A DNA stretch of 64,000 nt from Diplonema japonicum (lineage: Eukaryota > Protista > Euglenozoa: Diplonemea), in the NCBI GenBank assembly GCA_964019335.1, contig OZ025691.1:248001-312000 (forward strand), read 5' to 3'. Position numbers and translations under genes: made by a program. Below are positions 1-10,464 of this stretch, piece after piece. The notes under the pieces were generated by a model. It was not told the origin of the DNA. It was given only the letters and a program-made list of their open reading frames with translations, and made no database searches. Each line of letters opens with the position of its first letter. Positions within the stretch are counted from its first letter, which is position 1.

Positions 1-92
1 TTCCTTCACCACCGCCACCTATAGATCCCTCGTCACCGCCACTCCCTCCTCTTGGCCCTGTTGATGTCTTTGTCAATTAAGGGTGGAGGGAA

Positions 93-125
<33 letters not shown>

Positions 126-240
126 CTCGCATTTACACAAGGGGGCAAAAAAAAAAAAAAAAAGAAGAAAAAAAAAAAGAAAAGAAAAAAGAGGAAAAAA
201 AAAGGGGGGTTTTGGTCCGCCGTGGCTTTTAAACGTTGTT

Positions 241-278
<38 letters not shown>

Positions 279-859
279 ATACCTGCAAGCATCTGGGCTC
301 GAAAAAGTTCCTCTTTTTTTTTTTTGTTTCCCCTTCTTTTTTTTTCTTCCCTTTTACTCCCTTTTTTTATTTTCCCTAATCCTTGTAAATCTCTCTCTCT
401 TTTTTTTTTTTTTCCTTCTTTTTTTCTAGTACAAAGTCTCTTTTTTTTTCTCCTTTTTTTTTTCTTTTTCCCTCTTTCGTTTGCAAAAGAGAAAACAAAA
501 AACAAAACAAAAAGATGGAGAAGGGGGAGAAACACACAATAGCAGATTTTATGGTCTCGAGAAAAAAAAAAAAAAAAAAAAAAAAAACGAGAAAAAAAAA
601 CCAGCTGTGTGTCAGAGAGAAGCCCGAGGCAATGTACTATTGTTCTTTGTTGGGGGGGGGGGGGGGGGGTCCTGGGTTTCTGCTGCCCTCTCTTCCTTCT
701 TCCACATACCTTATTGTTAGATATTGAATAAGCTCAGTCCCGTTCCCCCCCCTTTTTTTTTCTTTCTTCCTAAAAACAAGGAGAACAATCAACCAAAAGA
801 AGAAGAAAAATGCATTTACACTGAACCCTCTCCTTTTTCCCTCTCCCCCTTGTACTTCG

Positions 860-899
<40 letters not shown>

Positions 900-1170
900 C
901 CCTCCATTCCTTCTACCCCACCTAGGTACATACCAAGCAAGAAAAACAGAACGAGAAAAAAAAAGGGGAAATTGTAAGTTATTTTTTTCCCCCCTTTCTA
1001 TTTCATGTTCTATTTCTTTTGTGTCAAATAAAGGAGAGAGAGGGAAATGAACAGGGATTTAAAAAAAAGAAAAAAAAAAGAGAAAAAAAAAAAGCAAGAA
1101 ACTCTTTCTTTTAATTGTTTTCTTCCTTTTTTTATTTCCCTCTCTTGGCTGTCCTTCTACCTTTCTCTCT

Positions 1171-1214
<44 letters not shown>

Positions 1215-1645
1215 TGGTATATTTTCTTTCATCTCCATCCTGTTCATAATCGGGATTATAAACACAACCTAGTCTAGATACATGGGGAAAAAGCAAAGAA
1301 ATAGAAAGTTGTGTTGCTGGGGTATAGGTCTAAAAAAAAGAAGAAAAAAGAAGAAAAAAAAAACCTTGCTTGGCTCAGTGGTTCTACCCCTTTGGTGTAC
1401 AAATTCCTTTTCGCCTCCCCTCTTCATTTGTTTTTTTTTTTTTTTCTTCTTTTTTTTGGAGAACAAAAAAAAAGAAGAAGAAGAAATGACATTTCTCAAA
1501 GGAGAGAGAACATTTTATCTGTGGAGAAATGGTGGTCTGCCACTCATCCGGTTTTTCACCTCCTTCCCCCTCCAAAAAAAAAAAAAAGAAAAAGTCCAAA
1601 AGAAATAACTAACATAACCACTTTTAACATATTTCCACCGACCTT

Positions 1646-1726
<81 letters not shown>

Positions 1727-2073
1727 TCATCTTTCTCACTCTTCCCAGCTGCACATACCCTGTCCCCTTCATTGTGTCTACCCTAAAAACTCGCCTCCCT
1801 TCCATTTTTTTTTCTCCTTTGTTTAAAAAAAAAAAAAAAAAAGAACTGTATAAAGGCCACAAAAAACTTCCAAGAAACACTCAAGTGCACCCTTTTTTTC
1901 TCACCTATACCTCCTTCTTCTTTTTTTTTCCTTCATTTCTTTTGTCACCACTTTTTCTTTTTTTTTTTTTTTTTTTCTTTCTCTGTTGCCGTGCCCCATA
2001 ATTCATCCCTCACAGCAGTACATAGAACAGGAATAAGAAAGGGGGGGAGGGGAACGAGAAAAGAAAAAAACAA

Positions 2074-2110
<37 letters not shown>

Positions 2111-2213
2111 TTTCGACAAAAAGAAAAAAAAACAAAACAAAGAAGGAAATAAAAATAAAAAACGAAAAGAAAAAGAAAAACGAAAGCGGAAAAAATCAGA
2201 AAACACCACAACC

Positions 2214-3674
2214 ATGGGTGACGAGAAGGATAAAGGCGGGACTACCACCTACTCAAGAAGCGTGCTTCTTGATCTCTGGAGGCCTGTTGCTTATCCTGAG
2301 GGTTTGAAACAGATACAAGGTGTCACTTCTCAGAAGTTAGTGAACCCTAGGTTCGTGTTGGCTCAGAAGAAGGAAGAGAGGGAAAAGGAAAACCAGCAAA
2401 AGGACAAGAGGCTGTGGCGTCGTGAAAGCGAGGACAAGACACGCACAGTGACACCGCCGAAGCCAGTGGAGAAGAAGCCTGCTGTGATCGACACCATCTT
2501 CACAAACGAGGACACCGAATGGTCCTACCGACAGGGCGACAAGGAGCACGATGCAGACGAAGGGTGGTCGCAGATCCTGGAATGGTTCGAGGAGGGGATA
2601 TTCGACGAGACGTACGAAGTGAAGTGTGCCCTTGCCCCTGAGTGGTGGCCCATCAAGGATGCTGTTGAGGCTTCTAAGACGGGAAAGCCCCTCCCGGGCC
2701 GCACGGTTAAAGCACCTACCCCCGACCCCACGCCAGCACCTGCTGTGCCCGCACCTACAACCACGTCACCCCCCACCACCCCCGCCCCTGCGGCCCCTGC
2801 CGCCGCCGCGGCTATCGCCGCACTTGCCACAGCAGTTCCCGCCGTCTCCGAGCCAGCTGTGGTTATCCCTCCAGCTCCCGCACCACCGACGCCTGTCCAG
2901 GTGCTCCCGCCTACTCAGAAGCCCCCAAAGAAGGAGCGTGTCAAGTCGCCGTCATCTGCCCCCGCTGCGCCCAAGAAGGCTGCGAGCAAGTCGCCGGCAC
3001 ACAAACCGCAAGAAGCATCTCAGCCGCAGGTGCCTGTGACCCAGGATCGTCTTTACTCACAAGCCATGGCAGCCGAGGCACAGGGTCAGACTCCTACACC
3101 AGCCCAGCCACAACAGACACAAGACCAGTCCACCTTGGATGCATTGTCTCAAATGATGGCGCAAATGGAACTGTATCCGACCCCTGCGCAGGCCCGGCCG
3201 CAGCAGACACAGGACCAGTCGTCCGTCCCTCGAATTGGCGAGCAAGTTGATGCCCCGAGTTCGACCCCTACGCCAGCCCAGCCACAACAGACACAAGCTC
3301 AGCAAGGCCAGTCCCTGGATCGAATGTACGCACAAGCCATGGCAGCCGCTGGCAAGGCCCAGGGTCAGACACCTACACCAGCCCAGCCGCAACAGACACA
3401 AGCCATGGCTCAGGTTCACGCACAAGCCCTGCAGGCTCAGGGTCAGGCTCAGGCTCAGCAGCTTGCACTTCAACGCGCTCAGGTGCAAGCCCAAGCCCAA
3501 GCTCAAGCTCAGGCTCAAGCACAGGGCCAGCAGATACAACAGCAGCAGCAGACGCAGCAACAGCAGATGCTCTTGCAGCAGCTGGCTCTTCAAGGCCAGC
3601 TTGGCCGTGGTGGAGCTATTCCTGTCCAGCTTCAAGCCCAGCTGCAACTGCAGCAACAGGCTCTGTTGCAACAG

Positions 3675-3712
<38 letters not shown>

Positions 3713-3736
3713 GCAGCAACAACAACACCGGCAACA

Positions 3737-3818
<82 letters not shown>

Positions 3819-4373
3819 CAACAGCAGCAGCAGCAACAACAGCAGCAGCAAATGCTGCTACAGCAGCTTTACCAGCAGCAGTTGCAGCAGCAACAACTTG
3901 CAGGCCAGCTTGGCATGGTCATGCAACAGCCGATGGTATGCAACAGCAACGCATTTTTCCACCAATCAGGTTGCGGGCATGATGCCCGGGCAACAGCAAG
4001 AACAGCAGCAAGGCCAGCAGATGGTAACCCTGCAGGCACTGCAGCAGCAGCAGCTCCAGCAGATGCAACTTAAATTAATGCAACAGCAGCAGATGCAGCA
4101 AATGCCTGGTAAGGGTGCGAGGCCGGCACAGCCTTCTGCAAAGACGCAGCAGCCTGCGCCCGTAAAAGGGCCTGTACCTGTGCCTGGCAGCAAGAACGGA
4201 GTCGATGTTGGACAGCTGCAGACGCTGCTCATGTCTGTCCCTAATGCGGAGGTCCCGCAGGTGTGAAGGAGGGGGGGGGTGCCTTACTTTTTTCCCAGGT
4301 GCCCCAGCAGCAACGTGCCACCACTAAAGGGTGCTCGGCAGCTGATCTGGAAAGACAGCTTTTAGGGGTATGA
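2214..4373 (+). CDS. GIGYF-like protein: N-terminal eIF4E-binding motif, GYF-like domain, polyQ; 3 exons, ~695 aa
   Basis: YSRSVLL fits the YxxxxL-phi 4E-binding motif at the N-terminus. WSYRQGDK...SQILEWFEEGIFDETYEVK resembles a GYF domain. GT-AG introns 3936-3969 and 4261-4298 join ORF 2214 to the 3235-4266 frame and to a last exon ending ...SAADLERQLLGV* at TGA 4371-4373. Confidence 0.7.
3045..3410 (+). repeat. Degenerate coding tandem repeat, about 4 units (QAMA..QGQTPTPAQPQQTQ)
   Basis: cagggtcagac-cctacaccagcccagcc-caacagacacaag recurs near 3081 and 3360, with partial copies near 3180 and 3265. Confidence 0.8.
3670..3851 (+). repeat. CAG/CAA trinucleotide tract (polyglutamine)
   Basis: Directly visible mixed CAG/CAA run encoding more than 55 Q with one HR interruption. 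Confidence 0.95.
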
Positions 4374-5618
4374 TGATTACAGAGATTTGGATTTAAAAAC
4401 TACCCTATAGTCTACTCAAACTGTTCAAGCTCCTGCGCAGCCCACACAGAGAGGAGCCCTCGATGTCCTAGACCAAGTGCATGACCCTTCCACAGAGGAT
4501 GCAATGCAGCAACTCAGAGAAAGGGTATGAAGGAGGGAAAAAAGTAAAAAGAAAAAAATGGGGAGGAAAAAAAAAAAACAAAAAAGGTTCTGGGTCAGCA
4601 CTCTACATAGGAAGGTTCCTCCCATCCCGTCCTCCCGTCTATGTTACTATTCAGATGCTGATCTGTTCTTTTCTTCTCTTTTTTTTTTTTTTTTTTTTTT
4701 ATCTTGCTGGGTAATAGGGTGACTTTTTATTTTCTTTTTATGCTAGATCCTTTTCCCCCTCCTTCCCTATTTCTTTTTTTTTTGTTTCTTTTTCCTGCTA
4801 CTTTCTAATTCTTTACGAATGATGCCAATTAAAAGGGGTGGGGTGTGGGGCTTTTTTTTTCTCCTTTTTTTTGGAGGAAGAGTGTCTTTCAAATAAAGTG
4901 TGTTTACAAAAAAGAAAACGGGGGGGAGGGGGGAGCAAAGTGTAGTTGACATGCGCGGTAAGCAAGAAAAAGCCTTTAAAGGGCAGTTGAGTGTTTATAC
5001 TCCCCCCCCTCTCCCCCTTCCACCCCTTTTTTCTGCCTACAGCGTCCTTCGTTCCGTTGGTTGTGGGGGTTATTATTATTTTTTTTTTTGTTCTGGTGCG
5101 ATTTTTTTTTTCTCCCGGGAGTTGCGAGGCCCATTCGCAGCATGCAGGCTCCCTTTCATTGAAAGCCATCTCTTAGCTATCCCCACCCTTCTTAGATAAT
5201 TATTTCTTCTCTTCTTCTTTTCAACAGAGCTCTTGGTCCTTCGGGGGGGGGGGGGGGTTTCTTTTTGTATACGCATCTAGCTGATTTTAAACAATGAGGG
5301 TGTTCCCCCCCCCCATAAAATCTATTAGTCCGCAAAAAAAACTTTTTATTTTGTATTGTGGAGGGAAAAGAAGAAAGAATTTATCATGCCGCAGTGTTGT
5401 AGAACACACTCTCCTCCCCTCCCTCCCCCAGAAGAGAAAAGGAACTTGAGATACCCCCCCCCCCCCCCCCCATTTCAGAGAAAGGAGAATAATCACCATA
5501 CTATACATTTGCTAACTGTTTTTTTTTTTTTTTTTTTTCCTTCTTTTTTTTTATATTCTTCTCCATTTCCTGACTCCTTTATAACTTTGCTAACTTTATT
5601 TTATTATTTTTTTTATTA

Positions 5619-5651
<33 letters not shown>

Positions 5652-5913
5652 GAACAGAAAACATCCCTGGGTTGTAGCTATCAAGATCAAAAAGTGGAGA
5701 GAGGGGGAAAAAGGCTGTTATGTGCGTTTTGTGGAAAAACAAAAAAAGTTTTATTTAAATAAATATTTGTTGTCACACATAAACAATATAGGACTCCCCC
5801 ACCCCCCTCTTCTTCTTTGCATCGACCGTATATTCATTCAGCATCCAAAGACTATTATCGCAGCAGCCAGTTGATTTTATAAATCGCGAGTGCGCACAAA
5901 CAAGCGCCAAAAT

Positions 5914-5956
<43 letters not shown>

Positions 5957-6549
5957 TTGCTCAGGGATCCCCTCCCCTTTCTCTCCGATATTTAAAAAAA
6001 AAAAAAAAAAGGAGATTTCTTTGTAACACGCCCTCACACTTAAGTGTTTTCGCAGCAAAGCTTGACTGGTTGATAACAAATGTTTAACCATTAAAGGGCA
6101 GGCTTCATGTGCTAGAGAGGAGGTTCTACTCTCGGGAATTGGGTATTTTTGTAGCGGGAAGTTAGAGGGGGTTTCTTACATAAGGATCACCCCCCCCCTC
6201 ACCCCCGCTTTCCCCAAGACCATTCAGTGTAGCGTGAAGCGTGGAAGGAAAAAAAAAAGGGGAGGGGGAAAGAAAAACAGTTTTCTTCCTCTCTCCCCCT
6301 CGATTATTTCGTTATAACCCCCCCCCTTTTTTTTCCCCAATTATTTTTCTTTTTTATATTATTTTCCCACTCGCAGAAAAAAGAAAAAGAAATACCAAAA
6401 ATTCGGTTCTTTTTTTTTTTTTTTTTTTTCCCCTCTGTTACACCTTTTTTTTTTTTTAAATTTTCTTTTTCCAATGCATCGCAAGAAAAAAAAAAAAAAA
6501 AAAAAAAAAAAAACAAATAATAATAATAATAACACGCACAGTGGGGGGA

Positions 6550-6927
6550 ATGAAAGCACCCCCTTCACGAGATACGGCAGCCGATCTCAGTAAAGCCTAT
6601 TATGAAGTCTTCTCACTGCTAATGGAGAGAGCGGACGGAGCGGAGAATGTTGAGAATGACCTGAAGCGACGTATTGAAGAAGTTGAGAAACGAGAGGCCG
6701 CAGTTTCCCTCCGTGAGGAGGCCATTGCCCAGAGGGAGAAAGGACTCTTGAACCGTGAGAAAATACTCAAAAACAAGGTTAGGCATCAGCCAGACTCCCC
6801 AGGTCCCCCAACACCTATGCCCAACCTAGTTGTAGGCAACACTAGCCTCTTGCAGGCCATTGCAGAAGAATACGACCCCTGCAGCCCAATCGAAGGCACC
6901 CATTCGGCTTCTATCACCTTTGACTAA
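6550..6927 (+). CDS. Small coiled-coil hypothetical protein (125 aa)
   Basis: ATG 6550 follows an A-rich leader; coding-like composition; E/R/K heptad-like segment. Confidence 0.65.
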   Translation: MKAPPSRDTAADLSKAYYEVFSLLMERADGAENVENDLKRRIEEVEKREAAVSLREEAIAQREKGLLNREKILKNKVRHQPDSPGPPTPMPNLVVGNTSLLQAIAEEYDPCSPIEGTHSASITFD

Positions 6928-7194
6928 CCAGAATAATTATATAAACGGGGGAAGAAGAGAAAAAAAAAAAAAAAAGAAAAAAGAAGGGCACACTCATTTC
7001 ATTGTGAGTAATTTTCTCCCCCCCCCCCTCAAAAACGAAAAGAAAGAAAAAAAATCAAATTAAAAAAAAAAAAGAAATCTCGCGTGTTTGTTTGTTCTTT
7101 TTTTTTTGTGAATGGACTATTTGTTTCAATATACCATAGGATACTATTGTTTTTTTTTGGGGGGGTTTTTTTAATGACTCAATTCTACTACCGA

Positions 7195-7309
7195 GCGACA
7201 TGAGTTATGGGGGGGGGGGGGGGGCTCGTTCTCGCAAACCCTACTTTCCTCACCCCCCCTATTTTTGTTTTTTCTTCCTTTTGTTTTTTTGCGACATGAG
7301 TTATGGGGG
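7195..7309 (+). repeat. 19-bp direct repeat GCGACATGAGTTATGGGGG (7195-7213 and 7291-7309)
   Basis: Two exact copies are visible. The second overlaps the predicted ribozyme cleavage site. Confidence 0.85.
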
Positions 7310-7441
7310 TGGTGGGGATAACATGGAAATATAAGAAGTACATCAGATGTGTTGTTCGCTGTTGACCTCCTCGTCGGTCATCACCGGTAGCGCCCGAGTG
7401 GAAGAACGTATCGCAGATGCTCAGGGTGACGAACAGGCAGC
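7308..7441 (+). ncRNA. HDV-like self-cleaving ribozyme (predicted cleavage 7307/7308)
   Basis: P1 GGTGGTG 7308-14 / CATCACC 7379-85. P2 GCTGTTG 7358-64 / CAGGCAGC 7434-41 with one bulge. P3 ACC 7365-67 / GGT 7376-78. L3 TCCTCGTC 7368-75. P1.1 GG 7386-87. P4 CGCCC-GAGT / GCTC-A-GGGTG. J4/2 CGAA with catalytic C at 7430. The order matches the nested double pseudoknot. Confidence 0.75.
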
Positions 7442-7622
7442 AAACTGCACGAGCGCAGAATCTTGGTTACCCGGGACGCCCCGGCTAGGGTTGAGCACAC
7501 CGCATGCATTAAGGACACGACGCGGAACGCAGAAGAAGCTACTGCTCGGCCGAGGAGCGCCCCCTGTAATCAAGTAGGTATTTCGTGCTTCGTTGCACGC
7601 TTAACGCCACCTAGTGTTGCAA
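7442..7622 (+). ncRNA. Long irregular hairpin and 3' closing segment downstream of the ribozyme (possible SINE/SIDER-like element or ncRNA body)
   Basis: Nested stems GCACGA 7447-52/TCGTGC 7583-88, CTTGGTTAC 7462-70/GTAATCAAG 7566-74, CGGC 7482-85/GCCG 7549-52 and GAGCA 7493-97/TGCTC 7543-47. A G-U pair favours the + strand. Confidence 0.5.
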
Positions 7623-8332
7623 TCAAAGCCCCATTTTTTTTTTCTTTTTTCTTTTTGAAGTATATTTTCCACCAGCAAAACAGGGGGAGCTAAAAACAGC
7701 TATCTTACTTGCCAGCTGGGAGGTTTTTCAAAGAAGAAAAAAAAAAACGCTACGAGACTCAAAAAAAAAAAAAAGATTATATTCATCAGCTATTTTTTTC
7801 TTCTTTTCTTCTTCTTTTTTACGAATAAATAGAGAATCAATGGTCGCGTTTTCCCAAAACTTAGGACCTGGTGGTGACGGAGCTTTAACAATGCAAAAAA
7901 AAAAAAAAAAAAAAAAAAAGAGATTTTTTGTTCGACCATATAGGAATGATTACGCTGTATTACTGTAAAAAAATGAAAACCAAAAAAAAAAAAAAAAAAA
8001 GTCGTGAGGGACCATCGTCCTATACTTCTCCCTCCCATTTCTTTCTTTTTTTTTTCTTCTTTGTTCCCGCCCCTTCCCATATTCCACCCCCCTACTGTAC
8101 TGCTGATAAAGAAAAAAAAAGAAGAAAAAAACGAGAAAAAGAAAAGAGGGGGGAAACGAAGGAAAAGGTAACAAAAAAAAAATGAAAGAATCATAACGTT
8201 AATTCATATTAAACTTCTTCTTTTTCTTTTTTTTCTTTTTCTTTTTAAATATTCTCCTCCAACCTGGGGAAAAAAAAAAAAAAAAAAAAAAAAAACCACC
8301 ACCCCAGCCTTTATCAAATCATCATCATCAAG

Positions 8333-9844
8333 ATGGCATCCGAAAAGATCATGAAGGCCGAGTGCCTCGAGGAATCCTTCATGCCCGAGCTGGGCCCCGT
8401 GAAGAAGGGTAAGGTGAGAGACATCTACTTCACTGGCGACAACGTTCTGATGGTGGCAACGGACAGGGTGTCGGCCTTTGACCACACCATCCCCAACATG
8501 ATCCCGTACAAGGGAATGCTCCTCAACAAGATCGCCGAGCACGCGTTCCAGAAGACCTCCGACATCATCCCCAACGCACTCATCGCTTCGCCGGACCCGA
8601 ACGTCGTCGTTCAGAGGAAGCTGAAGAACCTCGGAATCGAGTGCATTGTGAGGGGCTACATGTGGGGCAGCATGGCTGGCCTTTACGAAAAGGGACAAAG
8701 GTCCATCTGCGGCCTTACCATCCCTGACGGTCTCCTGAGGTACCAAAAGCTCGCGGAACCCCTTTTCACACCCACCACGAAGGCGGAGGAAGGTCCCGAT
8801 GAGAACATGACCTATGACGAGGTCGTGGCTAAGATCGGTGCCGAGAAGGCAGCGAAGGTGAAGGCTGTTTCCCTCGCACTGTACCAGAGGGGTGTGGAGG
8901 TTGCCGCCGCGGCAAACCCCCCCCTCACCTTCATCGACACGAAGTACGAGTTCGGCGAGGACAACGAGGGCAACATCTTCCTCATCGACGAGGCCAACAC
9001 CCCCGACAGCTCCAGAATGTGCGCTCAGTCTGAATGGGACACCAAGTACCCCAAAATCGAAGCAGCCATGAAGGACGGTGCCTGCAAGACCGTTACTGAA
9101 CTCCTTGCAAAGGAAGGCTCCCTGAAGATCAAGGAATTCTCCAAGCAGTACGTCAGGGACGTTCTCCTCGAAGCCGGGTTCAAGCCCGGCAAGGAGGTCC
9201 CTAAGCTCACACCCGAGCAGGTTGTGGAGTGCACCTCGAGATACATTCAGGTGTACGAGTCCTTGACCCATGAGAAGTTCGACTACCCCACCTACAGCGT
9301 GCCTGCCTCCACAAGGCTCGTCAACAATTTGAAGGAAGCTGGTGTGATCAAGGGTTTCTGTGCCATGATCTTCGCTGGTTCCAACAGTGACTTGGGGCAC
9401 ATGGAGAAGCTTGCGAAGTGCCTTGACAGCTGGGGTGTTCCCAGCAAGAAGAGGATCTGCTCCGCTCACAAGCAGGCGTTGAAGCTTGACGCTGCTGTGC
9501 AGTTGTACAACACCAGCATTGAGCCGTTGGTCATCATCGGGTGTGCTGGTGGTACTGACGCGCTCTCCGGAACGGCTTCGTGGAGCTCGTTCTTTCCTAT
9601 TGTGTCGTGCCCTCCTGATGGCCGTAACGAGTCTTGCCTGTTGAACGTATGAAAAAAAAAAAAAAAAAAAAAAAAAAAACAGCCCCCTGGGTCTTCGAAC
9701 TCGTACATCCTCAGGCCCGACAACGTGGCCAAGCACGTTGCGCAGATGTTCTCCATCCACAGCAAGGCCCTTCAGAAGAAGCTCCGTGAGAACTGTGATT
9801 CCAAGGTGGCCGTCCTTGAGGGTGCCGACGCTGAGCAGTGGTGA
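8333..9844 (+). CDS. PAICS: Bifunctional SAICAR synthase (PurC/Ade1-type) fused to AIR carboxylase (PurE); 2 exons, ~491 aa
   Basis: SAICAR synthase motifs: GKVRDIY, VATDRVSAFD, ECIVRGY, FTPTTKA, DTKYEFG, DEANTPDSSR, SKQYVRD. PurE motifs: GSNSD, SAHK, AGGTDALSG. Poly-A intron 9647-9682 restores PPGSSNSYILRPDNVAKHVAQMF...EQW* (TGA 9842-44). Confidence 0.92.
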
Positions 9845-10464
9845 ATGTGAATGAACCTTTGGGGGGGGGAGAAAAAAATGTGTTGCCTCCTTTTTTTTTC
9901 TTGTTTTTTTTTTTCGAATTTCTCTTTTTTTTTTGTGGTTTTTTTCTTTTCTTTTCTTTTTTTTTTTTTGCTCGCGAATAATTTAAAAAAAAAAAACTTT
10001 TCTGTAACGCTGTGTACAACTACAACTATAACTTTAGCAAAAAAAAAAAAAAAAAAAAAAGAAAGAAAGAAAAAAAAAAGAAAAAAAGAGAGAGAAAAAA
10101 GGGGGCTATTTTTTTTATTTACATTTCTTCTTCTTAAATAATTCCGACGTGGTCTGGCTAATTCCTCCAGATGGTAACAACATTTCTATAAGAAAAAAGA
10201 AAGAATTATGAGGCGCATCACACACAAAAAAAAAAAAAAAAAATACTTTACTTTATGATCTGGCTGCCGTTTTTACCTTTATTTTATTTTTTTTTTTATG
10301 CATTTTTATTTTATTTTATTTTTTTTCATTCATTTTATTTTTCTTCTCTCTCTTTTTTGATTTTCTTATCTTCATTTTCCTCCCTTATTTTTTTTTTTTT
10401 TTTTTTCATTTCACATATTTTTTTTTCTTTTCCAAATTAATATAAAAAAAAAAAAAAAGGAACA

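Noticed and set aside
1-2210. Many ORFs rich in poly-Phe/poly-Lys here and in all spacers
   Set aside because: They are translations of T and A homopolymers that simply lack stop codons; there is no coding signal.
7340-7495. Minus-strand AACCCTA plus C/D-like boxes as a telomerase RNA
   Set aside because: The template match is only 7 nt, the C-like box is just the complement of ribozyme P1'/P3', and wobble pairs favour the + strand.
7347-7577. 76-aa ORF over the ribozyme element
   Set aside because: No recognisable protein features; the sequence is better explained by RNA structure.
9647-9682. Programmed frameshift, readthrough or non-standard genetic code to explain broken ORFs
   Set aside because: Every break examined outside the LINE is resolved by a canonical GT-AG intron, and TAA, TAG and TGA all act as stops.
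8204-9760. 518-aa minus-strand ORF (likewise 25015-26580 and 56459-57352)
   Set aside because: Antisense shadows of well-supported, codon-biased + strand genes.
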